Shown here in pieces: positions 1 through 9,181 of a stretch of DNA of 64,000 nt. The translations under genes and the position numbers were made by a program. Where the stretch lies: NCBI GenBank assembly GCA_963790475.1, contig CAWBOS010000012.1, forward strand, positions 576,001 through 640,000, given 5' to 3'. This stretch comes from an uncultured delta proteobacterium (GTDB taxonomy: Bacteria > Desulfobacterota > RBG-13-43-22). Numbering within the stretch: position 1 is the stretch's first letter; every line of letters begins with the position of its first letter. The notes below the pieces were generated by a model, which did not search any database, was not told the DNA's origin, and saw only the letters and a list, made by a program, of their open reading frames with translations.

Positions 1-1
1 T

Positions 2-1105
2 GATTTCTTTTTCTTTCCAGGTTACCCAGAACAGGTACCCCCCTATGGCCCCTACAATCACATTCGGAAGCCACAGGCCAATCACCGGGCTCAAGGTTCC
101 CTTTTCTCCCAGGCTGAAAGCCAAAGAGAGTATCAAGTAATAAATAAAAAAAACGATCGCCCCAAAAATAACGGCCCAGGACCTTCCGGCCAGGCGGGAT
201 TGCAGGCCGAGGGGGAAGGCGATCATCCCAAAAACAAAGCAGGAAAAAGGAAGGCTGAATTTCTTATAATATTCAATTTTATACTTATAATATTTACTCT
301 CTCCGGGAGAAGTCTGACGGATCTTTCTTTTCAGTTCAAAAGGATACAATTCAGTCTCCGATTTTTCCCTTTTTGCCTGGGCCGCTACCATCCTATCCAA
401 GGGCAATATCAGATTATAAGTCTTAAAATTGATATTTTGAGCACTCTTGGAGCCGAGGGTTACATTGTAGATGGTCCCGTTTCCCAGGCGGAGATTGAGA
501 GACCGCTCCTGGGGATCAGGAATCAACCAACCCTTTTTGGCCACGATGGTTTGGGGGACATCTTTCTGACGTTGATCGAAGATAAAGACATCATCCATTT
601 CACCTTCGGAACTCACTTTCTGAATATAAAAAACCAGGTCGTTAAAATCGTTGTTGAACACTCGTTCTTTTAAAGTCACTTTGGCCTGAACTACGGCAAT
701 ATTGAAGATCAAATTCTTCAGAGAGTACTCACCCCAGGGTTGGGCCACCATAGCCGTAAAACTGGTCAGGAGATAAGCGGCCAGGCTAAGGGTCAATACC
801 GGCGGCAGAAGCTGAAAAAAACCTATCCCGGAAGCCTTCAGGGCGGTTACTTCATTGTCGTTGGATAACCTCATGAATCCCAAGAGAATCGAAATGAAGA
901 AAGTCATGGGTATGATATAGACGAAGAGAAAGGGCAGGGTGTAACCCAGCAAACGGGCAATATCCCAAAGGCCTACCCCTTTCTGAACGATCATATCAAT
1001 CAACTGCATTAAATTGCTGAGCAGAAAAATTAAAGTAAAGACCAGAAAAGTAATACCAAAAGGGGTCAGGATTTCCTTGAAAATATATCGGGAGATGATT
1101 CTCAT
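2..1105 (-). CDS. lptF: LPS export ABC transporter permease LptF (runs off window start; not in ORF track)
   Basis: Manual translation from ATG at 1105: MRIISRYIFKEILTPFGITFLVFTLIFLL...IIPMTFFISILLGFMRLSNDNEVTALKASG, the LptF/LptG signature; located next to lipid A genes. Confidence 0.9.
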   Translation of the reverse strand, partial: MRIISRYIFKEILTPFGITFLVFTLIFLLSNLMQLIDMIVQKGVGLWDIARLLGYTLPFLFVYIIPMTFFISILLGFMRLSNDNEVTALKASGIGFFQLLPPVLTLSLAAYLLTSFTAMVAQPWGEYSLKNLIFNIAVVQAKVTLKERVFNNDFNDLVFYIQKVSSEGEMDDVFIFDQRQKDVPQTIVAKKGWLIPDPQERSLNLRLGNGTIYNVTLGSKSAQNINFKTYNLILPLDRMVAAQAKREKSETELYPFELKRKIRQTSPGESKYYKYKIEYYKKFSLPFSCFVFGMIAFPLGLQSRLAGRSWAVIFGAIVFFIYYLILSLAFSLGEKGTLSPVIGLWLPNVIVGAIGGYLFWVTWKEKEI

Positions 1106-1306
1106 CGGCCTAATCAGAATAATATAAAAGGCTGGTTTTCCCTTGTCGGAGTCGTCGGTTCACCATTCTCCGGATCACAGGATAGGGGCAGAGGTTGGTA
1201 AAAACCACCCCAAGAGGCAATCCGTCCCGGCTTAGTCTGAGGATAGGAACCGGGACTTCTAAAAGTCTCAATTTGATTTGATAAGACATCGCTTTCAAAT
1301 GGTCGA

Positions 1307-1335
1307 AGTATAGGGGGGCTGATTTTGGTTGTCAA
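1307..1335 (-). promoter_or_regulatory. sigma70 promoter upstream of lptF
   Basis: TTGACA-17 nt-TATACT on the minus strand. Confidence 0.75.
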
Positions 1336-1369
1336 TGGGTATTTTGCAATTAAAAAGCGGGGGCTGGGG

Positions 1370-1736
1370 ACGCGCTTGGGAGTCGGAAGAAAACCTGGTC
1401 AAGGTCCGGATGAGCCTACGCAATATTGGCCCTAATATCTGCCGCTCGATACCATTGACCAGGAATTTAAGGTCTTTCCCCTGAAAAGGATACATCTCGG
1501 GATATCCCTTTTCGTTCTATCCAGTTCCGCTTTCTGCTGCCCGTTCTTCTTGACCGAGTCCAAGGGCCGGAGATTGAGTGCCGACAGCCATCCCCTTGGT
1601 TTCCATCACCTATGACCGGACGGGCAACCCCAAAGACAACCGGATTGTCTCCTGTATTCAGTATGCGACCGAGGCGCTCTCAAAAAAAATCGAGGGGGCC
1701 TCGTTTCTTACCTTGCCTGGTGGGAGGATACTTTAA
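1370..1736 (+). pseudogene. Degraded C-terminal remnant of an acyl-CoA dehydratase activase-type (CoA-substrate-specific enzyme activase) protein
   Basis: Fragments in different frames: ESEENLVKV, ISLFVLSSSAFCCP, IPLVSITYDRTGNPKDN; these resemble the family C-terminus (PAFCCP...IPVVSITYDGTG); no start codon. Confidence 0.5.
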
Positions 1737-2302
1737 TTCCTAACGTGCATTTTGAATGATATTTACACGATAAATATTGAACATATATCTGTCTGTAATG
1801 GTTAAACTATTTTTTGTAACCGTAGAAGATCAGTTTGACTAAGAATACTCTTCTTGTTATAATTCATTTCAGGTTGCTCCCTGATTTGGTCTTTGCAAGG
1901 TATTTAAAGCTCACGATAGCCAATAAGGACCCCACTTCCAGGCGTTCTTATTTTCTTTTTTGCACTTTTTAAAACAATTATATGAATCATCTTTGCAGGG
2001 AAAATTATTTTCGCTGGGTTACCTTTGCTGTACAATATTTTAGAATTCATGATCCCAAATGGTTCCGGCCAGCCCGTTTTGCCGTGCTAACCGATAGGCT
2101 GATATCTTTGATCTTCGGTCAGGAAACACCAGCGTTATCTGGACCTTAGGGGAGAAAACACCGATTTATGTTGGATGGGCTTGTTTACCTTGTGTAAGCA
2201 AGGGAAATTACCACAAAACAGCCTTTAAAGATAATATTTTTCTGCAATTAATTAAACCAGATCGAGTAGTTGAAACTATTCAATCTTGTTTAAGGAAGTT
2301 TA

Positions 2303-3748
2303 ATGCCGCGAACCGATAGACAAATCTATTTGCTAATTGGTATGTTTACGCTGATTCGCCTCATCGTGGCCCCTTTTTTTGGCTTAGGGGTCGATGAAGC
2401 CCACTATGTCCTATATGCAAAGTATCTGGATTGGAGTTACTTTGATCATCCACCGCTTGTGGGATGGGTTCACGCCGTTTTTTTGAATTTGTTGGGAATC
2501 AACGAACTTATCGCCCGTCTGCCCGCTATTTTAATTTTTGCAGCCACTTCTTACTACGCCTATGTGTTCATGTTGAGGATTACCGGCTCAATAAGAATTT
2601 CATTATTGGCGGTCCTCGCTTTAAATACTTCTTTTATGCTCAATGTCTTGGGCCTAATGCTTTTGCCCGATTCTCTCTTGCTATTTTTAATTTTTCCATT
2701 GATTTTTGTTTCCGAGAGAATTGAGCGCGAGAAAAAAACTTCCGATTTTATTTTTCTGGGAATTGTTCTGGGTTTCATGGGACTGGCTAAATACACATCG
2801 ATTTTATTTGTTCCTCCACTAATAATTTATTTTCTTCTAAAAAAAAGATACGATATCATTTTTTCATTACCCATGCTTCTGGCGACACTTATTGCCCTTT
2901 TGTTCATTACACCGGTAATTTATTGGAATATCCATCATGGCTTCATAAGCTTTCGTTATCAGGGTTCCCATGTATTCGGAAGTTTCCAACCGAGTATTTC
3001 AAATTTACTTGTATCCCTGGCAGGTCAATTCGGAGCCTATAGCCCATTTTTATTGGTCATTGCCTTCTATGGATTTTTAAAGTCGACCAGACCTCGGAAT
3101 GACTATATCCTTCTCTCTGTTTTATTCGGCGGCACAATAATTTTGTTTTTCCTCTTTACTTTTTTATTCGAACAAATATTACCCCATTGGACCAGTATTT
3201 TCTATGTGTTGTTCATCCCTGTGGGAACCTATGAAATAATTAAGGCTAATAAAAGATGGATAATTAATTTTCTGTACCTGAGTGTTGCCTTCAGTTTGAT
3301 CGTACTGTTCCTGGCCTATGCCGAGGTTGTCGGCAAATTTATTGCTTTCCCTGATTATAAATCTCCTTTCCATGACATTTACGGATATCCGGAAATATCC
3401 AGACGGGCAGATGCCATTATAAAAAATAATAAGTCGGGCAGAAATAAGGCCATCGCGGTAACCAACTGGACGATGGCTAGCCGGATCATGTATTACAATT
3501 TACCTTACCGGCATGAAGTATTTGTAATGGATGATCGAAAAGATCAATTTGACGAATGGCAGAAGAATTCGCCCAGAGGGTACGATCTTCTTTTCTTGGT
3601 GACCCATTTTGAGGATTTGGATGTTGGGTCATATGCCCTTTGTCGGCAAGTTGATGTGGCCGGAGGAACAGATCTGATGTTGAACGGATCCAAGGTTGAT
3701 ACCGTTAAATTTGTCTGGTGTCATGATTATCAGGGAAGAAAACCATGA
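2303..3748 (+). CDS. ArnT/Rgt-like GT-C membrane glycosyltransferase (PMT_2 family)
   Basis: DEAHY, YFDHPPLVGW and LAKY motifs; many TM helices; soluble C-terminal domain. Confidence 0.85.
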   Translation: MPRTDRQIYLLIGMFTLIRLIVAPFFGLGVDEAHYVLYAKYLDWSYFDHPPLVGWVHAVFLNLLGINELIARLPAILIFAATSYYAYVFMLRITGSIRISLLAVLALNTSFMLNVLGLMLLPDSLLLFLIFPLIFVSERIEREKKTSDFIFLGIVLGFMGLAKYTSILFVPPLIIYFLLKKRYDIIFSLPMLLATLIALLFITPVIYWNIHHGFISFRYQGSHVFGSFQPSISNLLVSLAGQFGAYSPFLLVIAFYGFLKSTRPRNDYILLSVLFGGTIILFFLFTFLFEQILPHWTSIFYVLFIPVGTYEIIKANKRWIINFLYLSVAFSLIVLFLAYAEVVGKFIAFPDYKSPFHDIYGYPEISRRADAIIKNNKSGRNKAIAVTNWTMASRIMYYNLPYRHEVFVMDDRKDQFDEWQKNSPRGYDLLFLVTHFEDLDVGSYALCRQVDVAGGTDLMLNGSKVDTVKFVWCHDYQGRKP

Positions 3749-4365
3749 AAAAAAGATGGATCGCAACACCAGTCTTTGCCACTTGCTTGATATCGATAAT
3801 TATTTCTTATTTTTATTGGGATATTTCCATAACCAAATATTGTCTAACCTTAAACCCGGCATTAAAAAAAATGGCTAACGTAATCACAGTTTTTGGTATT
3901 GCAACATGGTATTTGGTCGGCAGCATAATTTTCTATTTATTTTATCGTTTTATTTATAAAAATAATCTGTATGCTTCACGATCTCTTTTTGTTTTTCTTT
4001 CTCTTGGTCTTGCCGGAACTTTCACCACATTGTTGAAATGGATTGCCGGACGTCATCGCCCGATTGATTTACTTAATCCTGGCTATTTTGGATTTGGTTA
4101 CTTTGGTCTCGCCTATGAAGTGACCTCCTTTCCTTCCGGCCACACTCAAACCGCATTTACACTTGCCACTGCATTGACCATACTGTTCCCACGATGGGGA
4201 ATACCGCTATTTATAATCGCCGGGGCTGTGGGTATATCGAGGATAATTTTAATTTCGCATTATTTGAGCGATGTGATTGCCGGAGCAGGTGTCGGAATAC
4301 TATGTACACTGACCATGAAATATTATTTTGACCGGTATAATTCAAATAAGCAGGGTAACAGATAA
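3745..4365 (+). CDS. PAP2 phosphatase, LpxE-like (putative lipid A 1-phosphatase)
   Basis: Complete PAP2 motifs KWIAGRHRP / SFPSGH / SRIILISHYLSD; ATGA overlap with the GT gene; specificity inferred from context. Confidence 0.8.
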   Translation: MKKRWIATPVFATCLISIIISYFYWDISITKYCLTLNPALKKMANVITVFGIATWYLVGSIIFYLFYRFIYKNNLYASRSLFVFLSLGLAGTFTTLLKWIAGRHRPIDLLNPGYFGFGYFGLAYEVTSFPSGHTQTAFTLATALTILFPRWGIPLFIIAGAVGISRIILISHYLSDVIAGAGVGILCTLTMKYYFDRYNSNKQGNR

Positions 4366-4441
4366 AATTTTAAGAAATAAATATTAGGCAGTATGAGTTT
4401 ATGTTAAATAATTTATTAAATTTTTTAGAATTTGGAATGTT

Positions 4442-5134
4442 ATGGGCAAGCGTCCTGAAATGAAAAATAATATAGTTTGGTATTTGGTAATGCCCATTTC
4501 AATTGTCGTTATCTTATCGGCTGTCATTAGCTGGACGAATGCTGATCTTGAAATAGCGAGACTTTTTTATGCCCCCGGAAAGGGCTGGTTTATGGGCCAG
4601 GAACTTCCCTGGTATTTCTTATACCATTACGGAAACATACCGGGAATTGTTCTCGCAGTCGGGGGCTTTTTAGTCTTTGTGCTCGGTCTTTTCCGGAAGG
4701 AATTATTGCCTTATAAAAAAATCGGCCTTTTTCTCGTGATATTTATAGTTTTAGGTCCCGGACTTGTTGTCAATACCGTTTTCAAAGAACACTGGGGGCG
4801 CCCCCGCCCAGGTGATATTGTAAACTTTGGGGGCACAGAAACATTCCACCAACCCTGGGAAATTGGAGAAAATGGGCAGGGTGAATCTTTTCCTTCGGGA
4901 CATGCCTCGGTAGGATTTTACCTGTTTGCCCCGTTTTTCTTCCTGGAGAAATCACACCGGAAAGCGGCCTTCGCCTTTCTTTGTTTGGGAATTGCTTTCG
5001 GTTTCTTCATGGGAGCGGGCAGGATCATTCAAGGAGGTCATTTTCTTACCGATGTTATCTGGTCAGGGTTGCTTACTTATCTCACCGGGTTAACCCTGGC
5101 CTATTTTTTCCGTTTTGACAGGCGCCGACTTTAA
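4442..5134 (+). CDS. PAP2 phosphatase, LpxF-like (putative lipid A 4'-phosphatase)
   Basis: KEHWGRPRP / SFPSGH / GRIIQGGHFLTD motifs; the WGRPRP and GGHF variants resemble the rhizobial LpxF type. Confidence 0.75.
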   Translation: MGKRPEMKNNIVWYLVMPISIVVILSAVISWTNADLEIARLFYAPGKGWFMGQELPWYFLYHYGNIPGIVLAVGGFLVFVLGLFRKELLPYKKIGLFLVIFIVLGPGLVVNTVFKEHWGRPRPGDIVNFGGTETFHQPWEIGENGQGESFPSGHASVGFYLFAPFFFLEKSHRKAAFAFLCLGIAFGFFMGAGRIIQGGHFLTDVIWSGLLTYLTGLTLAYFFRFDRRRL

Positions 5135-5158
5135 TTGTTGGCAAAGCATCGGCCAACA

Positions 5159-6892
5159 TTAGTCGATCATTCCATTTTCCCGGAATTGAATTTCGTAAAG
5201 CCTCCTATATTCCCCATCCAATTCCATCAGCTGATCATGGTTGCCCTCTTCGACGATCCGGCCCTGGGCCAGGACGATGATCCGGTCCACATTGCGGATG
5301 GTCGAGAAACGATGGGCGACGATGAAGGTCGTCCGGCCTTTCATCAGGTTTTCCAAGGCCCGCTGGACCTCCGCCTCGGAATCTGAATCCAGGGAAGAAG
5401 TAGCCTCATCCAGGATAAGTATGGGGGCGTCTTTAAGCAGTGCCCGGGCAATGGAAACCCGCTGCCGCTCACCCCCGGAAAGCCGTACCCCCTGCTCCCC
5501 GATCAAAGTATCCATCTTCTCCGGCAAGCGTTGGATGAAATCATAGGCAAAAGAGGCTTGGGCCGCCCGGATGATGTCCTCTTCGGTCTTGTCCGGAGAT
5601 CCATAGGCGATATTATTTCGGACCGTATCGTTGAACAATATCGTTTGCTGGGTCACGATTCCGATCTGCCGCCGAAGGGAGTCCTGGGTGATCTCTTGAA
5701 GAGGATGGCCGTCGATTTTAATGGTCCCCTGGCTGACCTCATAAAACCGGGGGATTAAATTGACCAGCGTAGTTTTTCCGCCACCGCTGGAACCAACAAA
5801 GGCTACAATTTCTCCGGTTTTTATGTTCAGATTGATATCCCGCAGCACCCACTCTTGTCCATACCTGAAAGAAACGTTTTCGAAAACAACGCCTTCCCGG
5901 ATGCCGTCAATGACCACTGCCCTTTCCTGATCCCCGATTTCTTCTTCCAGGTCCATAACCTCAAAAACCCGAAGGCCTGCGGCGATGCCCTGTTGAATGG
6001 TATTGTTGACCCCGCTTACGTGCTTAATCGGTTCATACAGCATAAATAAGGCTGTTAAAAAGGAAAAGAAAGTGCCCGGGGTGGAATACCCCTTTATGAC
6101 ATTGTACCCCCCATACCAAACGATGGCGGCCATGGCGACACCCCCCAAGAATTCCATGAGTGGTGAGGATATGGATTTGATGGAGACGTCTTTCATGGTT
6201 AATTGAAAATATTTCCGAACCTTCTCATTAAAACGCCCGATCTCGTAGTTTTCGGTACTAAAGGCCTTGACAATCCGATTCCCCCCGATGGTTTCATGAA
6301 GATGTATGGAGATATCGGCCATGGTCTTCTGGCTTTGGGTGCTGATTTTTCTGAGTTTCCGGCCGAATTTGACGATTGGCCAGACCGCAATGGGGAGAAC
6401 CAGCATGGCCAGAATGGCTAACCGCCACTCGCGGTAGAAGATGACCCCGATCAGAAACAGGATGGTAAACGAATCTTTTAAAATGCCGGTCACGGCATTG
6501 GAAACGGCCCCCTGGATCAGATTGACGTCATTCATAATCCTAGACATAAGCAGTCCGGTGGATGTCCGGTCGTAATAAGACAGGGATAATTTCTGCAAAC
6601 GGGCATAGAGCCCCTGTCTGAGATTGGCCACAATTTTTTCACCGACAAAGCTCATCAGATAGGATTGCCCATAGGCAAAAATCCCTTTGACGATAAAAAG
6701 CAGAATGATCAAGGGAGGTAACAGGGCCAGCATCGAAATTTTTTTTTGAAAAAATAAGTCGTCCAATAACGGCTTAACCATAAAAGCCATCAGTGCGGTC
6801 AAAGCGCCCACCATCAGCATACAAAACATGGCAGCCAACAACCGGGCCCAGTAAGGTTTGATGAGCTGAATCAGTCTTTGGGGGGTCGTCAT
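5159..6892 (-). CDS. msbA: Lipid A export ABC transporter MsbA
   Basis: TM domain plus NBD (GSSGGGKTT, LSGGERQR, ILDEATS); follows lpxB. Confidence 0.92.
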   Translation of the reverse strand: MTTPQRLIQLIKPYWARLLAAMFCMLMVGALTALMAFMVKPLLDDLFFQKKISMLALLPPLIILLFIVKGIFAYGQSYLMSFVGEKIVANLRQGLYARLQKLSLSYYDRTSTGLLMSRIMNDVNLIQGAVSNAVTGILKDSFTILFLIGVIFYREWRLAILAMLVLPIAVWPIVKFGRKLRKISTQSQKTMADISIHLHETIGGNRIVKAFSTENYEIGRFNEKVRKYFQLTMKDVSIKSISSPLMEFLGGVAMAAIVWYGGYNVIKGYSTPGTFFSFLTALFMLYEPIKHVSGVNNTIQQGIAAGLRVFEVMDLEEEIGDQERAVVIDGIREGVVFENVSFRYGQEWVLRDINLNIKTGEIVAFVGSSGGGKTTLVNLIPRFYEVSQGTIKIDGHPLQEITQDSLRRQIGIVTQQTILFNDTVRNNIAYGSPDKTEEDIIRAAQASFAYDFIQRLPEKMDTLIGEQGVRLSGGERQRVSIARALLKDAPILILDEATSSLDSDSEAEVQRALENLMKGRTTFIVAHRFSTIRNVDRIIVLAQGRIVEEGNHDQLMELDGEYRRLYEIQFRENGMID

Positions 6893-6893
6893 T

Positions 6894-8030
6894 TCAGCCC
6901 ATCATCTTCCGTGCTATTTGGGCGACCCGAACAGAGGCCCCGGGCTGGCCCAATTTCTCTCCAACCTCGAAAAGGCGGTCACGGATATTTTGATAATACT
7001 CGGGGTCCTCCAGATAACGCATCATACCTTTCATGAGGGCCTCCGGAACAGCTTCTTCTTGAATATATTCGGGGATAATTTTTTCACCGGCCACCCAATT
7101 GACTAATCCCACATAAGGTACATCGATCAGATGCCTGGCAATCCAGTAATTAACCGGAGAAACCTTATACACAATAAGGATCGGAACCCCTAAGAGTGCC
7201 GCCTCGAGGGTAACTGTCCCTGAAGCCATTATGGCCAGATGACAACGCCCCAGGACCTTCTGAGAATCCCCGGAAGTGAGTTCCAACGAAACCCCCCGGT
7301 CCTGATAAGGTCGGATTTTTTCCCGGAAAGGTGCCGCCTCCAAGGTGCCGGCTACGGGTATAACAAAGCGGAACCTCGGACCACAGTTTTCGGTTAATCG
7401 GACGGCCGTCTCTAACAGCGTCGGTAACATCGCCTCAATTTCCGCTGGCCGGCTACCGGGGAAAAGGCCGATCAGGGTCGTCCCGGAAAGTGGATCGGGA
7501 AAAGGAGCATCGCCTCCCGGATTCCCGTTTGGTATCCGGTCCAGAAGCGGGTGACCTACAAATTCAACCCGGACACCGAAGGTCTCATAAAAGGCCACCT
7601 CAAAGGGCAGAATGACGGCCAACCGATCCACATAGCGGGCAATGTTTTTTACCCGGCCGGAACGCCAGGCCCAGACCTGGGGGCTGATGTAATACAAAAC
7701 CGGGATTTTTCTCTTGTGCGCCGCTTTGGCCAAGCGAAGATTCATGTCGGGATAATCGATCAATATGAGTAAATCCGGTTTATGAAAATCCCATGCTTCT
7801 TTTACTTTTTGAATGGCTTTGAACAAATGAGAAATTCTAAAAACCACCTCGACAAAACCCACCACATTTAAAGGCGGCGGATAGACCATCTCTACTCCCA
7901 TTTCCTCAAGAAGAGGGCCTCCTAACCCAAAAAAAGAAATGGGCTCACCCGATTGCTGCAAGGCCTTAACCAGAGAAGCCCCATGGAGGTCTCCCGAGGC
8001 TTCTCCGGCGATGATACATACTTTTTTAAT
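6894..8030 (-). CDS. lpxB: Lipid-A-disaccharide synthase; probable ATT start codon
   Basis: IIAGEASGDLHG, IDYPD, YYISPQVWAWR, GHPL, PGSR and SGTVTLE motifs; the N-terminal motif lies upstream of the first canonical start. Confidence 0.93.
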   Translation of the reverse strand: MKKVCIIAGEASGDLHGASLVKALQQSGEPISFFGLGGPLLEEMGVEMVYPPPLNVVGFVEVVFRISHLFKAIQKVKEAWDFHKPDLLILIDYPDMNLRLAKAAHKRKIPVLYYISPQVWAWRSGRVKNIARYVDRLAVILPFEVAFYETFGVRVEFVGHPLLDRIPNGNPGGDAPFPDPLSGTTLIGLFPGSRPAEIEAMLPTLLETAVRLTENCGPRFRFVIPVAGTLEAAPFREKIRPYQDRGVSLELTSGDSQKVLGRCHLAIMASGTVTLEAALLGVPILIVYKVSPVNYWIARHLIDVPYVGLVNWVAGEKIIPEYIQEEAVPEALMKGMMRYLEDPEYYQNIRDRLFEVGEKLGQPGASVRVAQIARKMMG

Positions 8031-8052
8031 CGCTGACTCCTTACTGAGATTC

Positions 8053-9063
8053 TCAGGGAGATGTGAGGCCCGGTAAGTTGTTTAAAAACTCCGACGCCCC
8101 TGGGAATTGAGTAGCCGAGCTTAAATTCTTTTCAATCTCCCGGTTGATCCGAAGGGCCATGGCCAGGGCTTTTTTGCCATCCTCACCGCAAACCACCGGG
8201 GTGGACCGGGTCCTTACGGCTTCAACAAAAGCCTGCAGTTCCACTTCCAAGGCATCACCTGGATCTACGGTGCCATCTTCAGAGACAAACTTAGGCCCCG
8301 GTGAGGAACTTCCATTCTGGGATTCCAGCCGGACCACCGTATAGGATTTTACCCCAAAATCCAAAGAAAGATAGGCCGCCGGTTGAAAGATTCTCATCTT
8401 GCGCATTTCCTGAAGGGAGATGCGGCTGGCGGTAATATTGGCCACACAACCGTTTTGAAACTGAATCCGGACATTGGCTATATCTACTTTAGGAGAAACC
8501 ACAGGAATCCCCACGGCCTGTATCTGCTCGACCGGGGATTGAACCAGATGCAATATCAAATCCAAATCATGGATCATTAAATCCAGAACCACATCCACAT
8601 CGATGCCCCTGGCCTTAAAAGGGCTCAATCGATGGCTTTCAAAAAACAGGGGATTTTTTATATAAGGTTTTATTTTCAGGTAGACCGGGTTGAATCGTTC
8701 CAGATGTCCCACCTGCAACAAACAGCCCCTGGTCCCGGCCAAAGCAATCAATTCATCCGCTTCGGATATGGACCTGCAGATCGGTTTTTCAATCAGGACA
8801 TCAATCTTCTGATCTAAAAAATCCCTGGCCACGGAAGCGTGTTGCGTCGTCGGCACTACAATACTGACCGCATCAGTTTGGGAAATCAATCGGCGATAAT
8901 CTTCATATCCGGGGATGGCATACTGACGGGATAAGGCCTCCCGCCTTTCCGGAGAGATGTCGGCAATCCCCACCAATTGGACATCCGGCATCCGGGCATA
9001 CTTCTCCACATGGTATTTCCCCAAGTAGCCGACCCCGACAACGCCGATTTTGATTTTTTTCAT
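8053..9063 (-). CDS. gnnA: Gfo/Idh/MocA oxidoreductase, GnnA-like (UDP-GlcNAc 3-dehydrogenase)
   Basis: GVGYLG, IEKP, VGHLERFNP and DLMIHDLD motifs; sits between lpxA/lpxI and lpxB as gnnA does. Confidence 0.75.
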   Translation of the reverse strand: MKKIKIGVVGVGYLGKYHVEKYARMPDVQLVGIADISPERREALSRQYAIPGYEDYRRLISQTDAVSIVVPTTQHASVARDFLDQKIDVLIEKPICRSISEADELIALAGTRGCLLQVGHLERFNPVYLKIKPYIKNPLFFESHRLSPFKARGIDVDVVLDLMIHDLDLILHLVQSPVEQIQAVGIPVVSPKVDIANVRIQFQNGCVANITASRISLQEMRKMRIFQPAAYLSLDFGVKSYTVVRLESQNGSSSPGPKFVSEDGTVDPGDALEVELQAFVEAVRTRSTPVVCGEDGKKALAMALRINREIEKNLSSATQFPGASEFLNNLPGLTSP

Positions 9064-9181
9064 TCTAGTGTTTTCCGATAAGAGTACGACAAACGATATG
9101 ACCTATAGAAGCCAATGCTGCCCCCACGATACTTGAAAATGGATTCCGATGACCAGTGAACGATGAACCTGGATGTTTTTA

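Noticed and set aside
200-673. 157-aa plus-strand ORF and the many other ORFs antisense to long genes
   Set aside because: They are shadows of well-supported opposite-strand genes (here lptF) and show no motifs
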